A program made the translations under genes and the position numbers. From Nemertoderma westbladi (lineage: Eukaryota > Animalia > Xenacoelomorpha): a stretch of DNA of 64,000 nt. Of the stretch, positions 1 to 12,127 are shown one piece after another. Where the stretch lies: the NCBI GenBank assembly GCA_032718475.1, contig JAUCBJ010009132.1, positions 114,118-178,117 on the forward strand, given 5' to 3'. The notes beneath the pieces are model-generated. The model did not search any database. It was given only the letters and a program-made list of their open reading frames with translations, and was not told the origin of the DNA. Numbering within the stretch: the stretch's first letter is position 1; every line of letters starts with the position of its first letter.

Positions 1-892
1 CGGCTCTGGAGTCAATTGTTTTCAGACTTTAGAAGAAACATTAGTAGGCTTAGATTATAGAACGTATAACTGTTATCTCGCCATAATTATCAACTAACCA
101 AACAATCATATCATATCTTAACCTACCGTCTTAATGCTGTTTACTGTTGTTATTGTTTGTATCAGTTGGTTGAATATTATTATTTGGAGAACATCTATAA
201 AGAACCCAAATTTCCCAATTTTCTTGATACACTACAGGTTAGAGAGACAGGATACATATAACAATTGCGACTTATGTTATCGTGGTTTGTAGTGAACCTA
301 ATGCTATTTGATAGGCACTACATGAGTCAATTGCTGTTCTCTTTATGTGTGATAAAATTCATTGACGGTCGGCAGATTAGTGTGCAGTATTGTGCGGTAC
401 CGGTAGTGTGCATGATTGTGGCTGATAACTAAGCATTTCCTAAAGAATGCGCCTCATACGTGAATCATAAGCCTTACCGACTTACCGTTGTGTTTAGTAT
501 AAGTCATAGCTCTGTTTACCTAGATAGAGCGCCACGTCCTAAAGGAACTGTTAATATTTCCCGAAAGTGAATAATATTGGTCAGAAATTATTTATTAACG
601 ATCAATCGAATAATACAGTAAGCTTACACTGCAATAACAATCTAAGCCCTCCGAATCCAGTCTCCCGGGTATATCCAGCGGGTGAATGGACGCGCACTAG
701 ACTGGCTTCGGCTAATGTTGTGTTTATTGGTATTAAATACTTGTCATTTTCTAAAGTCTATTTATAAACCAAAAGACATATAAATTTTGGCAGGTTAAAC
801 TGCTAAAGGTCTTCAAAAGCGCGTACAATAACAGTTATTTTCTTTATTGCAGTAAGCAATAAAGTTGAAAGTACCGGTAGACCGGTAAACCT

Positions 893-1045
893 GAATCGGT
901 ACTGCTGTAGGTCCGTAGGCCCAACTGCCAGAATGGGTACTGCTGTAGGTCCGTAGGCCCAACTGCCAGAATCGGTACTGCTGTAGGTCCGTAGGCCCAA
1001 CTGCCAGAATCGGTACTGCTGTAGGTCCGTAGGCCCAACTTTCCT
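893..1045. repeat. 38-bp tandem repeat, ~4 copies, in the leader of BEL element 1
   Basis: Unit GAATCGGTACTGCTGTAGGTCCGTAGGCCCAACTGCCA starts at 893, 931, 969 and 1007. Confidence 0.9.
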
Positions 1046-1219
1046 AACCGGTACTTCCAGTATAAGTACATTAGTATTATTCGATTTTGATTATTGTATA
1101 CCGGTAGGTCTCGATATTAAATCGGGGACGCCTGGTTTTTATTGGGATTTTACTTAGGTCTATTTCTGTCAGTTTTATTTCCTAGTAAGTTAATATTGAG
1201 CTGAAGACGTGTAAGTCTG

Positions 1220-1810
1220 CTCAGATTGTTCAGATAATTGTAGGCCGGACTGTTGTCGGACTGTTGTTGGGTCTGGAGAGATTGCGGCGTGTGTGGAGTT
1301 TGTCCGATAAAGTGCCAGTTAGTAAGTTGGGGCAGCCAGAGCTGTAAGGTCAATCCACTCTTAAAGAATAAGTAGTACTACCGTGTTAGAACGCATACTA
1401 ACTAACCATTTTGGAATCTGCACATACTGTAGTTTATTTAGGCTTGATAGTAGTCTGCCAGCGTTTTTAGTCTGTGTTTGTTTGTGTGGTCTGTTCAGGT
1501 ACCGTAATAGTTATTACTCAGATATTTTGTAGGCTGGATTGTTGTCTAGCTATTATTAGGTCTGAAGAGATTGCTGCGTGTGTAGAGTTTGTCTGATAAA
1601 GTGCCAGTTAGTAAGTTGGGGCAGCCAGAGCTGTAAGGTCAATCCCCTCTTAAAGAATAAGTCGTACTACCGTGTTAGAACGCATACTAACTAACCATTT
1701 CGGAATCTGCACATACTGTAGTTTATTTAGGCTTGGTGGTAGTCTGCCAGCGTTTGGTTTGTATTTTGTTTGAGTATTCTGTACGGGTAGCGTAATATTT
1801 ATTATTCAGA
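1220..1810. repeat. ~290-bp tandem duplication in the leader of BEL element 1
   Basis: GATAAAGTGCCAGTTAGTAAGTTGGGGCAGCCAGAGCTGTAAGGTCAATCC occurs at ~1306 and ~1596, with continued flanking similarity. Confidence 0.85.
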
Positions 1811-3124
1811 GTTTATGCGATTATTCGCAACATTCATGTCCCCAAGTTTATTCCTACAGTAATTGTGCTTGTTACACATACCGTTATAGTTAAATTAACC
1901 CCGGTACTACACGGGCTGCTTGGCGTAGGTAAAGACTGGTGACTTTGTGCTCCGGTCACTCCAGCAGATGCCGTGGTTCTTTTAACTGTTCAAGTATATT
2001 TAACTGCTGGTTATTTGTTTTTAATAAGTACTTGTACCTAATTTAGGGTTTGGTGTACAGTGCTTTCCGAAAGTAATTAGTGTGTAGGCAGTGTATTGTG
2101 TTGTAAAGTGGTTAATAGGCACGTTGGATCTGGTAGTCCGCGGTAATTAACTTCTAGGTAGGAACACTCCGTGATACATAACGTAGTACCTATAGCGATA
2201 CGGCTATAGGTCGTCAGACGGTGGTATTTTTCCTATCTGGACAGCGCAACATATTTACTACTACTTATTATTTTCAAATACCGTAGTACCCTGTCCGTTG
2301 TAATAACCAGAAATTCTAACCCTTTGTTAGGCTGGTTTGTAGACTTCCTGTAAAATTACCCTAAAAATTTCGTACGTAATATTTTTTGTTGTGTTTAATT
2401 AGAGATTTAATCTCACCCGTATCGTAAGTAATTCGTAGATAAGTAACTTAGGAAGTAGAATTATTTGTTTTAGTGTCCAATAAGTAGCACTTCACTGAGA
2501 GCGCACAGCTTTTGTGTAGTGATTAATTCCCAGAAATAATAACATCTATTTCAATATTGTAACAAAACCCCTCATACGCGCACATATAAATCCACTAAAT
2601 CTATTAATAAAATAGTAGGCCTGTTATACAACACTTAGGTCTTAATATCAGTTGGACTGCTGCTCAAATAACGGTAATAAAGTAAGTAAAGTAACCAAGT
2701 AACCCCTAACATTCAGAAATTCAATTATTTAAAATAATTGACATACCGGTATTTACAATAGGCTTATTATATTTATTCTATAAATTTAGGCTGAAATCAT
2801 ACCGGTATTCTGTAATTAATTCTAGTCTGTAATAATTATACTTATATACTATAAGTGTCAGCTGTATACCGGTATTCATGATAGGCCTATTATATATTTA
2901 TATATATTTGTGCTAAAATTATATACCGGTACTCTGTGACAAATCTAGTCTGTAATAATACTTATATATATACTATAAGCATACCGGTATTCTAATATAT
3001 TATATATATCACGCTACACTGAGTAGCAGTATCGGTAATTAATTGTGAGGCTAACAGTGATACTGAATTACTAGACTTGCTTTAACTGTAATATAGCAGT
3101 AGGCATTCAACTGTACAATCGAAC

Positions 3125-6100
3125 ATGGCTGACACAAGGCAAACTCTGTCAGATAGTCTCCTAGAAACAACAGCCTGTTTCTCAGATCAAAGTGTAGAGA
3201 ATCCCAGACCGAGATCTGAAACCCCTCATACTGTAAGAAGGGCAACCCCTGCAGTGGTTGTGTCAGAACCTAGGTTGGTAGAAAAGATTTCGCAATTTGC
3301 GAAGTTAGTGAAGCGCCGTTGGTCTGCCATAGGCACTCGGGCCCAAGTCAAGCGGGATCAAGAAGAAGCTATAAAACAGCAGCAACCTCCTAGCCAAGAA
3401 CCTAGTTCTCAGCGGCCCGATAGCTCCAGTAGTTCGGATACTGTTGAGCGGACGCCCGAACGCGGAGCGAAGATGGCGGATACGGTTTATGATGAGCGGC
3501 CAACCTATGAAGAATCAACCGACGCCACTTCTTCTCAAGTGGAAAGCGAGGTGGAAAGCGAAGTGGAAAGCGAATTAACAGCAGCAGAGAAGCCGCGAAC
3601 TAGAGACGCCATTGACATCTATCTGTCAGACTATCAGCGATTCATAGGAGACGAAGAGTTGAGGAGACGACTGTCTGGACTTCGCCCTAATAGTGAAGGA
3701 ACCAAGCTTGTGTTGGACGCAATCGATGCGGAAATGTTAGCTGCAAACCAAGCTAAATTTGATTAAAAACTCCACCTCGTTAGAGTCCAAGAAGAACAAG
3801 TAAAGAAAAAACGGATAGAGGACAGAAAGGCAGTAGCAGCGGCGAAAGCGGCAGCGGCAGTGGAAGAGGCAAAAGCGGCAGCGGCAGTGGAAGCGGCAAC
3901 GGCAGTAGCATCGGCGAAACCGGCAGAGGCAGTAGCAGAAGCAAAAGCGGCAGCGGCAGTGGAAGCAGCCAAAGCAGCAGCAGCAATGGCATTGGCAGAA
4001 GCAGAACAGAGGGCGTCTGAAGAGACCACACAACTGGAGTTGGAAAATCTTCAAGAGACGCAAGACAACATAAATAAACAGTTAACTGCTAGTCAAATGC
4101 AGATGATGAGTCGATCTACTCCCAAACGTCAAGAATACACATCATCGGAAGAAGGCGAGACCACCGATCCTGAAGGCGGAGGAAATAGATCTCGTCTAAG
4201 CAGGCGTAGAAAAACATCTCACCGTTATAAATTGCCTGATTTGCCCCCAGCGGTTAGAAGACAACTAGCTAGCACAGACTTAGGTAGTACAGAACCCACA
4301 GAACAAATTATTCAGGTCAAAAGACTCCCTACAATAGTTGATGAGCCTGAAATAATTAGGCCTGTCGTTCCCAAAGCCACTCCTGTGCTAGAGACCCCTG
4401 TACTTCCAGAGCTTAACTCTAAATTCCCTTTACACAGTACTACACTGCCTGTACCCGGTAGAACAGTCCATGAGAATGTCCCTGTCCTGGAAGCTGAGAG
4501 AGAAATCAAAGATTTGTCTCTCGTCGTCCCGCGTCAGCCCGCTACAATGTTGGCGACTCCCGCTTCGGCGGTCGAGTGGGTAGAGGAGTGACGGCGGGGG
4601 ATGAATCTCCTGCTCGGACAGATGCAGGAGACTGTCTACCAACTTAAGGGAACAGTAAGGGAAGGTAGGGCAGAATTGCAAGAAGTGCAGCAAAGTATCG
4701 CGCTGGAACGCGACAAATTAGTCAATATACAAAAGGGTATACCAATACCCCCAGTAACATTGTGTCAACCTGTTAGGTCTGAAGTATTACATGCGCAAGG
4801 TGTGGAGCCTACACGCATCTATACTGCTAGTGAAGTAGAAACTCCTATAGCAAACCCTATTAAGGGTGATTATAAACCTGTTGTTAATGATATTCCCTAT
4901 AGACCTGATAATAATCCGGGAAATTTATATACCGATAATTCGATATTAAATAACACGATGGCCCAAGAAAGCTTTACGCGTCAGATGGCTAGAACAGAAG
5001 CCCGCCAAGCGGGTAAAGTGGGAGAGATCGTCAAATTCAATGGAGATGAGATGAAATGGTTACCTTTCAATGAATATTACAAAGATAGCATACAGAACTC
5101 TGTACTATCTAACGGAGAGAAACTTAGATTCCTCATCAAGTGCTTGGAAGGACCTCCCAAGTTAATGGCGTTAAAGTTTATTGGACATCCAGATGGATTA
5201 AGACAAGTTTGGGATACATTAAACACCAGGTATGGTAACAAGGATAATATAGCTAAGTATTTGTATGCAAAATTAGTAGCCCCCAGAAACTTCCTTAGTA
5301 GCGGGATTATAGAATTTTCCGATGAGATTCAGGAGATCTGTAGACAATTGGACTGGTTAGGTAAGTCTCATGAATATCAGAGTTCCATGGTTATTGGAGC
5401 AGTAGTCTCTACTTTACCAAAGGGTGGAGTATGTACACGTTGGGACAAGAAAGTGTTGTATATGAATGAGCAGCAACGACGAAGTCCTACCATGGCTGAT
5501 CTCATGTCCTTCTTAGATGGTGAAGTAAAACTACAACTCATCAAGCAGTCCAGAGAGAAAACATCGGAAAATAAGGTAAGTGAGAAACCCGTTTCTAGGA
5601 GAAGAGTAACACCAGTGTGTTACACTGACGACGGCGAAAGCCAAGCTTCTCAAGAAGAGGACAGCGGGAAAGACACAGCAAAATCTTACTATGACAACAA
5701 GACCTATAAAGACGTAAGTAAATATAAGTCTCGAACCAGTGACAGGAGAGAACAGGTAACAACAACTCCTCCTACGTCTCCTAAGATAATTCACGGAAGA
5801 AAGCCCGAAGAAAGAACGAGAGTGCATAACGTTACCCAAGGTAAAGTGAGTAACATCAAACCAAAATGTGCGCTGTGCGACGGGCCCCACCGTTTGAGTG
5901 TCTGTGCTGAATTCCTAAAGAAATCCCTGGTAGACAGACGTGAAGTCATGTGGGATAAGCGGTTATGCTATAATTGCCTCAGACAAGGACACCAACGGCG
6001 AACCTGTTACTCCGACGTAAGGTATGCAAAGTGCGGTGCGAAACATCACATCTTGTTACACAGTGAATTCGAACGAAACAACCCGAGTCAGGTAAGTGAG

Positions 6101-7225
6101 CCCGAACTACATGCCCAATTCAGTGATGTAAATGACACAGATCAAGAGTCTGAGATGGAAGGATTCTATACTGACGAATTCTCCGACGCCAACGAATCCT
6201 GTTACCTAATCAATACCGCGGTGTATCGAGCACTTACTTACGAAAAGGACACCGACAATGAGTTTCCCCCAACTACCTTTGACAGACAACCATCTTGGAA
6301 AGCTCCAACTTCCAACGTAGGAATCAGAGAATTTCCTGTAGTGCAGGTAAGAGTTCACGGTCCTAACAAAAGTTACATAGTGAACGCCCTCCTTGACTCC
6401 GGCAGCACAGGAACATTCATCGATCAAGAACTAGCCGAAGATATCTTTGCTGGACAACCCAAATTCCGGACTAAATTGAATATGTCAGGAATTATGCAGG
6501 TTTGGAAATCTACCCTAACGGCAGATTACTATGTAGGTGTGTTGTCCACCCCCCAGGATAAATTAGGAGCACAAGGTATAAGGTCGGTAAAAATGGTGGC
6601 TATAAAGAACTTCGCTACTCGCAAATACTCGCAAATACTCATCGGCCAAAACGCGCATGAGGCGCTCGAGACATTGGAGAAACGGCCTGCTCAACCGCAG
6701 CCACTACAAACCTATGCGGTAAGAACTAGAGTAGGTTGGTACTTCACTGGCCCTTCCCGTAGAACTCTCAAAGAGAGATTACCTCAACAACAGGTATACC
6801 AAGTAAAGGAATGGGAAGTGGAGAGCAGTGATGTGGACGATCCAACTGAGGGAACACCATACTCCTCAGATAATGACGATATTAACTCCAATGTAGATCA
6901 ATGGAGACATTGCCTTGGGACGATTAATCCAGCCGACATCGCTTCCAGAGGAGCAACTCCTCAAGAACTGATAGATACTCCAGGCTGGTTAGGTGGATCC
7001 GACTTCTTAAGTAAAGAAGAAGAAGAATGGCCTCCTCATCTTACCACGGCGGAGATTAGACAGGCCAAGGGAGCGGAGAAAGTAACACAACAACTCAATC
7101 GCCCAGCTAGTCGTTTATGTTTACTGGAAAGAGACCGAAAACTGTCCGGAAACTATGGAAGGCAAGATACTCTTCCTACGACCACTTCCCTAATCCGACA
7201 AATATCTAGGGACTCCATAACGTAA
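3125..7225 (+). pseudogene. BEL/Pao gag-protease polyprotein with two in-frame stops; RT, most of RNase H and integrase deleted
   Basis: ORFs 3125-3766, 3860-4591 and 4601-7225 share one frame, split by TAA (3764) and TGA (4589). Contains a BEL capsid-like block (FNGDEMKWLPF...EKLRFLIKCLEG), Cys/His knuckles (CALC..H..C, CYNC..H..C) and an aspartic protease (LLDSGS), then jumps to the RNase H C-terminal motif WRHCLGTINPADIASRG. Confidence 0.88.
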
Positions 7226-8449
7226 TAAACATATGGAGTGGGCGTGTGACTATATCATTTTATATTTGTTTTTATTTTATATTTATGTATGTATTATTAT
7301 GTAATTTTATTATAATCGTTTCTTTTAATTTTATTTAGTAGAATGTTATTTTAGTGATTATTTAGTAGATTAGTGCAATATATTAGTGTTTATTACGTAC
7401 GTAATTACTTATAATATATTTAGTGCGATGGCGAGAAATAATTATTTTTTCTCTTTCCTTACTGTCCGTATCATATTATAAATACGTGACTACAGTAAGA
7501 TGAAATGTCCGTACTTATTAAAGTACAATAAAGCTCCTACTATATTTAAGTATTATTGGTAGGCAGAGTATTAGGAATGCAAAGTTCAGACCCTCGTGTC
7601 TCGGCTAAACCAAGCTCTGGGTAGACCTTGGAAACGACTTGCCTCTTCACACTGACATTGCTTCGTGCGATATTGCTCTTCTACCTTATATTAAATAATA
7701 CATATAGTAGCGTGATGTCCCTATAACAGTAGCGTAAAACGCAAATAAATCTGTTAAACCTTTTGACCATCTGTAATTCTAGTCGATTAAGATATCGCGG
7801 CACCCACCGATATACTTGAAAGACAAATTCTAGAATCAGTGGTTAACGTCCCCAGACAAGTTCTGGAATAAATCGGTGCCCATCTTAAATATTAATTTAA
7901 TATTTATTAAAATCTGTAAAATTCAGATCCTTTAAAATTTCTAGTCAATTAAGATATCGCAGCGCTTACCGATACTCTTAAAAGACAATTTTATAGAATT
8001 AAGGATCCTAGGTCCCCAGACATGCTCTGGAATAAAATTGTGTCAATTTTACCATCAAATAATAAAATTCACGGGAATAAATTTAAATTCATATCTTAAA
8101 TGAATTTCATAAATTGTCATTTTGTGCAATTTATAACATTCCCAAAATTCCATTAATTAATAGATCATGGGAGCGGAGATTCATCCTATTGAGTGTATTA
8201 GAGTGAGAGAATCTCCGACATATAGTCAATAGCCGATAAAATTAATAAAATCATGCATAAAGAGGATATTGACAATTAAAGAATTACTATTAAATAGCAT
8301 TCCAGATCTGTATGCATGAGAATTACCCTAATTCTACCGCTAGCTTTCCATAATGTCACCATAGCAACACCCACGCTAGAATTAGAAGCAAGTTAAAAGA
8401 ACAATAGAAAGCTTGTCCCATTGCATAGCATAGAGAATACATAGCACAC

Positions 8450-8925
8450 TGTTAGTATCCAAAGATACACAGTAATAACGTGACATTCTGGAAGGCACTG
8501 ACTAACGGACAAATGGCCTGTATGTGTACAATTGGTGACAGTTGTGTGGAATTTGTGCGTCTATAGGTGAATGTTACTGCTAAAGTATGTTTACAGTAGC
8601 TAGTCGCAATTGTGAAAGTAGCCCAACTCTCCTATAGAAAGAACCTAAAGTGGATTCAAGCCTTTGGCACGGACAGTGGAGTGACTTGTGCCGGTTATCG
8701 TTGTCGTGCTGTTGCTACATGTTGGCGTAAACACCGCGACGACGGTACATCGGCGCTGAGAATCCCACTGTCCGGGGGCAAAGAGAGGTAGGCAGCGACG
8801 CCCGCTCGCCTAAACATAAACTCATTACAATATTAATAAACTCAGATAGCAGATATGACGGAGTTGATAGAAGATGATCTTGGTAGCAGGGAGCGATATA
8901 CTCCACCTTTACAAGCATTTGTGGA
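8450..8925 (-). mobile_element. Possible diverged LTR fragment related to the element-2 LTR 3' half
   Basis: Three colinear short similarities (plus strand): TGTTAGTATCC (8450) vs TGTTAGTATATCC (8930); CTTGTGCCGGT (8685) vs CTTGTACCGGT (9149); GGTAGCAGGGA (8882) vs GGTAGCAAGGA (9332). Confidence 0.35.
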
Positions 8926-10067
8926 TAGATGTTAGTATATCCCTGATAGCCTCAATTTATTTGCGCCTAGCGTAAACTGCCCTACCGCCTGAACGGTACA
9001 ATCCCAATTCAGGTGAAAACACAGCAACCCCCCTAGCCTACAAGTTCTGATGTAACGGACACCGTTGTACGGCAAATAGTCGCACACACACCTGTACTTA
9101 GCAAGAGTTAAGCGTACAGTTTGCTGCACCCTAACCAATGTGTATGCCTTGTACCGGTGTGCCTACGTCCTATCTGCGTACTAGTATCTGCTCTCTCTCC
9201 CTCTCCCCCCGTAGGAATATGAAGGTCTACTGCGGTTTTCCCTGAATCAAGACAGTACAGTCCCTATGATGTAATTTTGGGCTCACAGCGTGTCACTACG
9301 TCTACCTTTTGATCTTTTGGTCTTATACTTAGGTAGCAAGGATCGAACGCTGTCTAACCTTTCAGGCGATGGGCGAATAACTCTAAAGGTATTGCGGGTT
9401 GTCTCTCGTCTACATTCCCGTGATGTTCCCGTTCATTGCTGCGGCCCGATCTCTAGCTGGCCATCCTGTCCCTGAGTTTGTTCACCGTAGTGAATCCATA
9501 GTAAAACAGAAAAGCTGAGAGAATATTCTGACTTTATTACAGAAGATACAATTATAATACAATGTAATCTGAGAATAAACTAAGCACGACAGAATAAATC
9601 TGAGAAGTATAGATATAAGATTGAGATAACTAATGAACGAATCGCACCTTTATATACTAAATTTGTGCTGCAATCAATCGAGAAAATTCTCGATTGTTCT
9701 ATGGGTTCTAACAAGGTTTTAAAGATAGCTTATTGGTCCAGCTAATATATAACTTGCACGACATTGGTTACAATCAAATAACTACAGCCTTATTGGTACA
9801 GACAAATGCAATTAATTTGTAGCGGTTAATTTAAATGAGTTGAAATTCTACACAAAAAATAATTCGCACTTACTAGGATTTGAACTCGATACCTACTATA
9901 CTTATAATTTCCAACGCTCTACCAACTGAGCTACTGAACCACTTGACCGATAGATGCATAATAGATAGAACCAATACGAATGAGAACTCAAAGCAATCTT
10001 TACAAAGTTAGTTCGAATAAAATAAATTTTTGAAAATCCACGGCATTTAGGGAATATAATTCTATAC
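8926..10067 (-). repeat. 3' LTR of element 2 (~1.14 kb)
   Basis: Matches 23569-24710 at constant offset 14643; only 2 substitutions noticed. Minus strand has three CCAAT boxes (~9732-9797), TATATAAA (~9648-9655) and AATAAA (~9533-9538 and ~8956-8961), and ends ...ACTAACA at 8930. Confidence 0.95.
9854..9940 (-). ncRNA. tRNA-like Pol III cassette in 3' LTR (A box, B box, T6 terminator)
   Basis: Minus strand GGTTCAGTAGCTCAGTTGGTAGAGCGTTGG...GAGTTCAAATCC...ATTATTTTTT. The D-stem (GCTC/GAGC) is intact; acceptor, anticodon and T stems do not pair well. Confidence 0.75.
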
Positions 10068-10918
10068 CGCTCCATGAAAACAGGATATTATCGTGCATAA
10101 AATATACGGTTTTCACCAATAATCAATCAAACTATAGAATACTTAGGGCGTACTTACATATTTACAATTAAGTTTCAAACAATACTTCCTTTCTACGTAA
10201 TGATTCGATACAAAATAATTACAAATTCAAACTTTACGTATTTAAGGCTTTACTAAGTAAGTACAATATAAATCTAAATTAAATTCACCAATATAAATCT
10301 ATTGCATCTCAGATATTGCATAAATTCAAACAATTACAAATACAAATAAATGAAAACAATAAGAAAGGCTCGCGAGTCTTCCATCTACTATTGCATCTCA
10401 AATATTGCATAAATTCAAGTAATTACAAATACTTTCGTACCTAAATGTAGATTGCATAAGTTTTGGAATAATTACAAATATGAGTCTTTCTGAGCACAAA
10501 TTTTTCTGTCTATAAAACTTTCTCTTTAGGTACAAATACTGCTTATAAGATATAAATTGCATAATATTCGGAACAATACAAATTGCATAAGTTTGGAATA
10601 ATATAAATTGTATAAGTTCGGAATAATTACAAATATAAAATATAAATTCTTACTAAATATAAATCTTACTAACTATAAGTCTTTACTTAAATATAAATAT
10701 AAACTGCATAAGTTTAGAATAATATAAACCTTTGCATCTCAAATATGAAACATAAATCTTTCAAATATAAGTTCCTTCTAAATATAAACTTTCTAAATTT
10801 CATAAATTCGGAACAATACAAATTGCATAAGTTTTCTAAATATAAAACATATAATTCAAAATAAATCACAAATCATAAGAAAGGCTCACGAGTCTTCCGT
10901 CCACCCTTGCCCTCCCTT

Positions 10919-12118
10919 TTATCGCTTAGTGGATCGAGCCCTGCCGCGTCCTCGAAAACTGCGCACAGGTGACTTTGCTCGCGATATGGGACTAATGGGG
11001 CGAGTCACTGGTTTACTTGGGACGTTGAGAGACGGTGCGACTATTTCCTCGCAAATTCGTCTATTTGGCATCCCAAAACCTCGACCAATTCCTCGTGACC
11101 GATCAGTCGTCACTACAGTTGGTAGAACGTCTGGGAACGCGTGAGAAGCGGACGACGTAGACCCAAGAGTAGCTTGCGCCCCCTGTTGATCAGCTGGTGT
11201 ATGTCCCGATCCTCCTACCGGTTCTCTTGGAAGTGATACCGTATCCCGAGTAACTCGAATAGTCGGCTCAACTCCCTTGCGTTCTTCTACATTAATAATT
11301 TTCTTCAATTGTTGGCCCACCTTCTGGACCCGTATGATCCTACCCTGCCCGTCCTCCCGAGGGTGACGTGCAGACGGCGCAACCGGAGTGGCTGATATAT
11401 TCGTCGCCTCTAGGACCTCCTCTTCCTCGAATACGCTCGCTCGTATACGTTTGTGGTAAAAGGCGGCTCGGTACGCCCATGCGACGGTTAACCAAGCTCC
11501 CTTATTCCGTTTTTCAGTTCGGAAACGATCGAATTCACCATACGTAATCCGATTAACGACTTTCTGAAAATTCCACGTGTTTTTGTTATCCGGGTGAATT
11601 TGTAACAGATACTCGCGCACCACTCGGAATCCGCTGTCGTGGGGCAAAATATCGACAACCTCGATAAGTTCGTCATATTGGGGCATAGCGGAGATATATC
11701 CTTCCGACATCATCGTCTGGGGATTTACCGCCCAAAATCCGAGATGCGCTCTCATCGGAAACCGTCTTCTTTGTGCCGATACATGTTCGTCGGCTAAATC
11801 TTCCCACTCATCAAATAACTTCCTCACGAGTTTTACAGATTCGTGTTCATAAGGTATGTCTCTCAGTTGGCATTCAGATGCTCGATGTCCCTTTATATTG
11901 CAGTAAGTACATTGAGCCATAAATCTCCAGCAAGTATAAAAGGTATGAGACCCTTGATCCCCACACCATCCACAGATTAGCTGAGTCGTAGTAATGTGCT
12001 TTCCACTGCACTTTGCCATATGATGTCCAGCGACGCCACATTTACTACACATCGTATTAGCAGGGTACCACACTCGTTCGTATATAAGATCTCCAATCGG
12101 TCGAGCGCTTCCTCCCAT
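10919..12118 (-). CDS. Accessory ORF of element 2: 399-aa protein with three CCHC zinc knuckles and an RG-rich basic tail
   Basis: CSKCGVAGHHMAKC, CGWCGDQGSHTFYTC, CTYCNIKGHRASEC; C-terminus SFRGRGRARSTKR; same strand as pol, between IN and the 3' LTR. Confidence 0.8.
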   Translation of the reverse strand: MGGSARPIGDLIYERVWYPANTMCSKCGVAGHHMAKCSGKHITTTQLICGWCGDQGSHTFYTCWRFMAQCTYCNIKGHRASECQLRDIPYEHESVKLVRKLFDEWEDLADEHVSAQRRRFPMRAHLGFWAVNPQTMMSEGYISAMPQYDELIEVVDILPHDSGFRVVREYLLQIHPDNKNTWNFQKVVNRITYGEFDRFRTEKRNKGAWLTVAWAYRAAFYHKRIRASVFEEEEVLEATNISATPVAPSARHPREDGQGRIIRVQKVGQQLKKIINVEERKGVEPTIRVTRDTVSLPREPVGGSGHTPADQQGAQATLGSTSSASHAFPDVLPTVVTTDRSRGIGRGFGMPNRRICEEIVAPSLNVPSKPVTRPISPISRAKSPVRSFRGRGRARSTKR

Positions 12119-12127
12119 ACTATAATT

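Larger units (their letters stand above)
1..7700 (+). mobile_element. BEL/Pao LTR retrotransposon, non-autonomous deletion derivative (element 1); 5' end outside the window
   Basis: BEL-type gag/protease ORF. A purine-rich tract ATGGAGTGGGCG (7233-7244) precedes TGT at 7245, a candidate 3' LTR start, with TATAAATA near 7477 and AATAAA near 7527. No second LTR copy in the window, so both ends are approximate. Confidence 0.7.

Noticed and set aside
3737-4063. Antisense Cys/Leu-Pro/Ala-rich ORFs (also 20820-21194 and others within pol and actin)
   Set aside because: Shadow frames of low-complexity or coding regions on the opposite strand.
8881-8891. TGGTAGCAG resembling a tRNA-iMet PBS on the plus strand
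   Set aside because: Only 9 nt, not preceded by an LTR-ending CA, and no associated ORF.
9330-9352. Second B-box-like GTTCGATCC in the LTR (minus strand)
   Set aside because: No matching A box or terminator found; may be chance.
9854-9940. Functional tRNA gene
   Set aside because: Acceptor, anticodon and T stems do not pair; recorded as tRNA-like only.
10919-12118. env gene
   Set aside because: No signal peptide, transmembrane segment or fusion-protein pattern visible.
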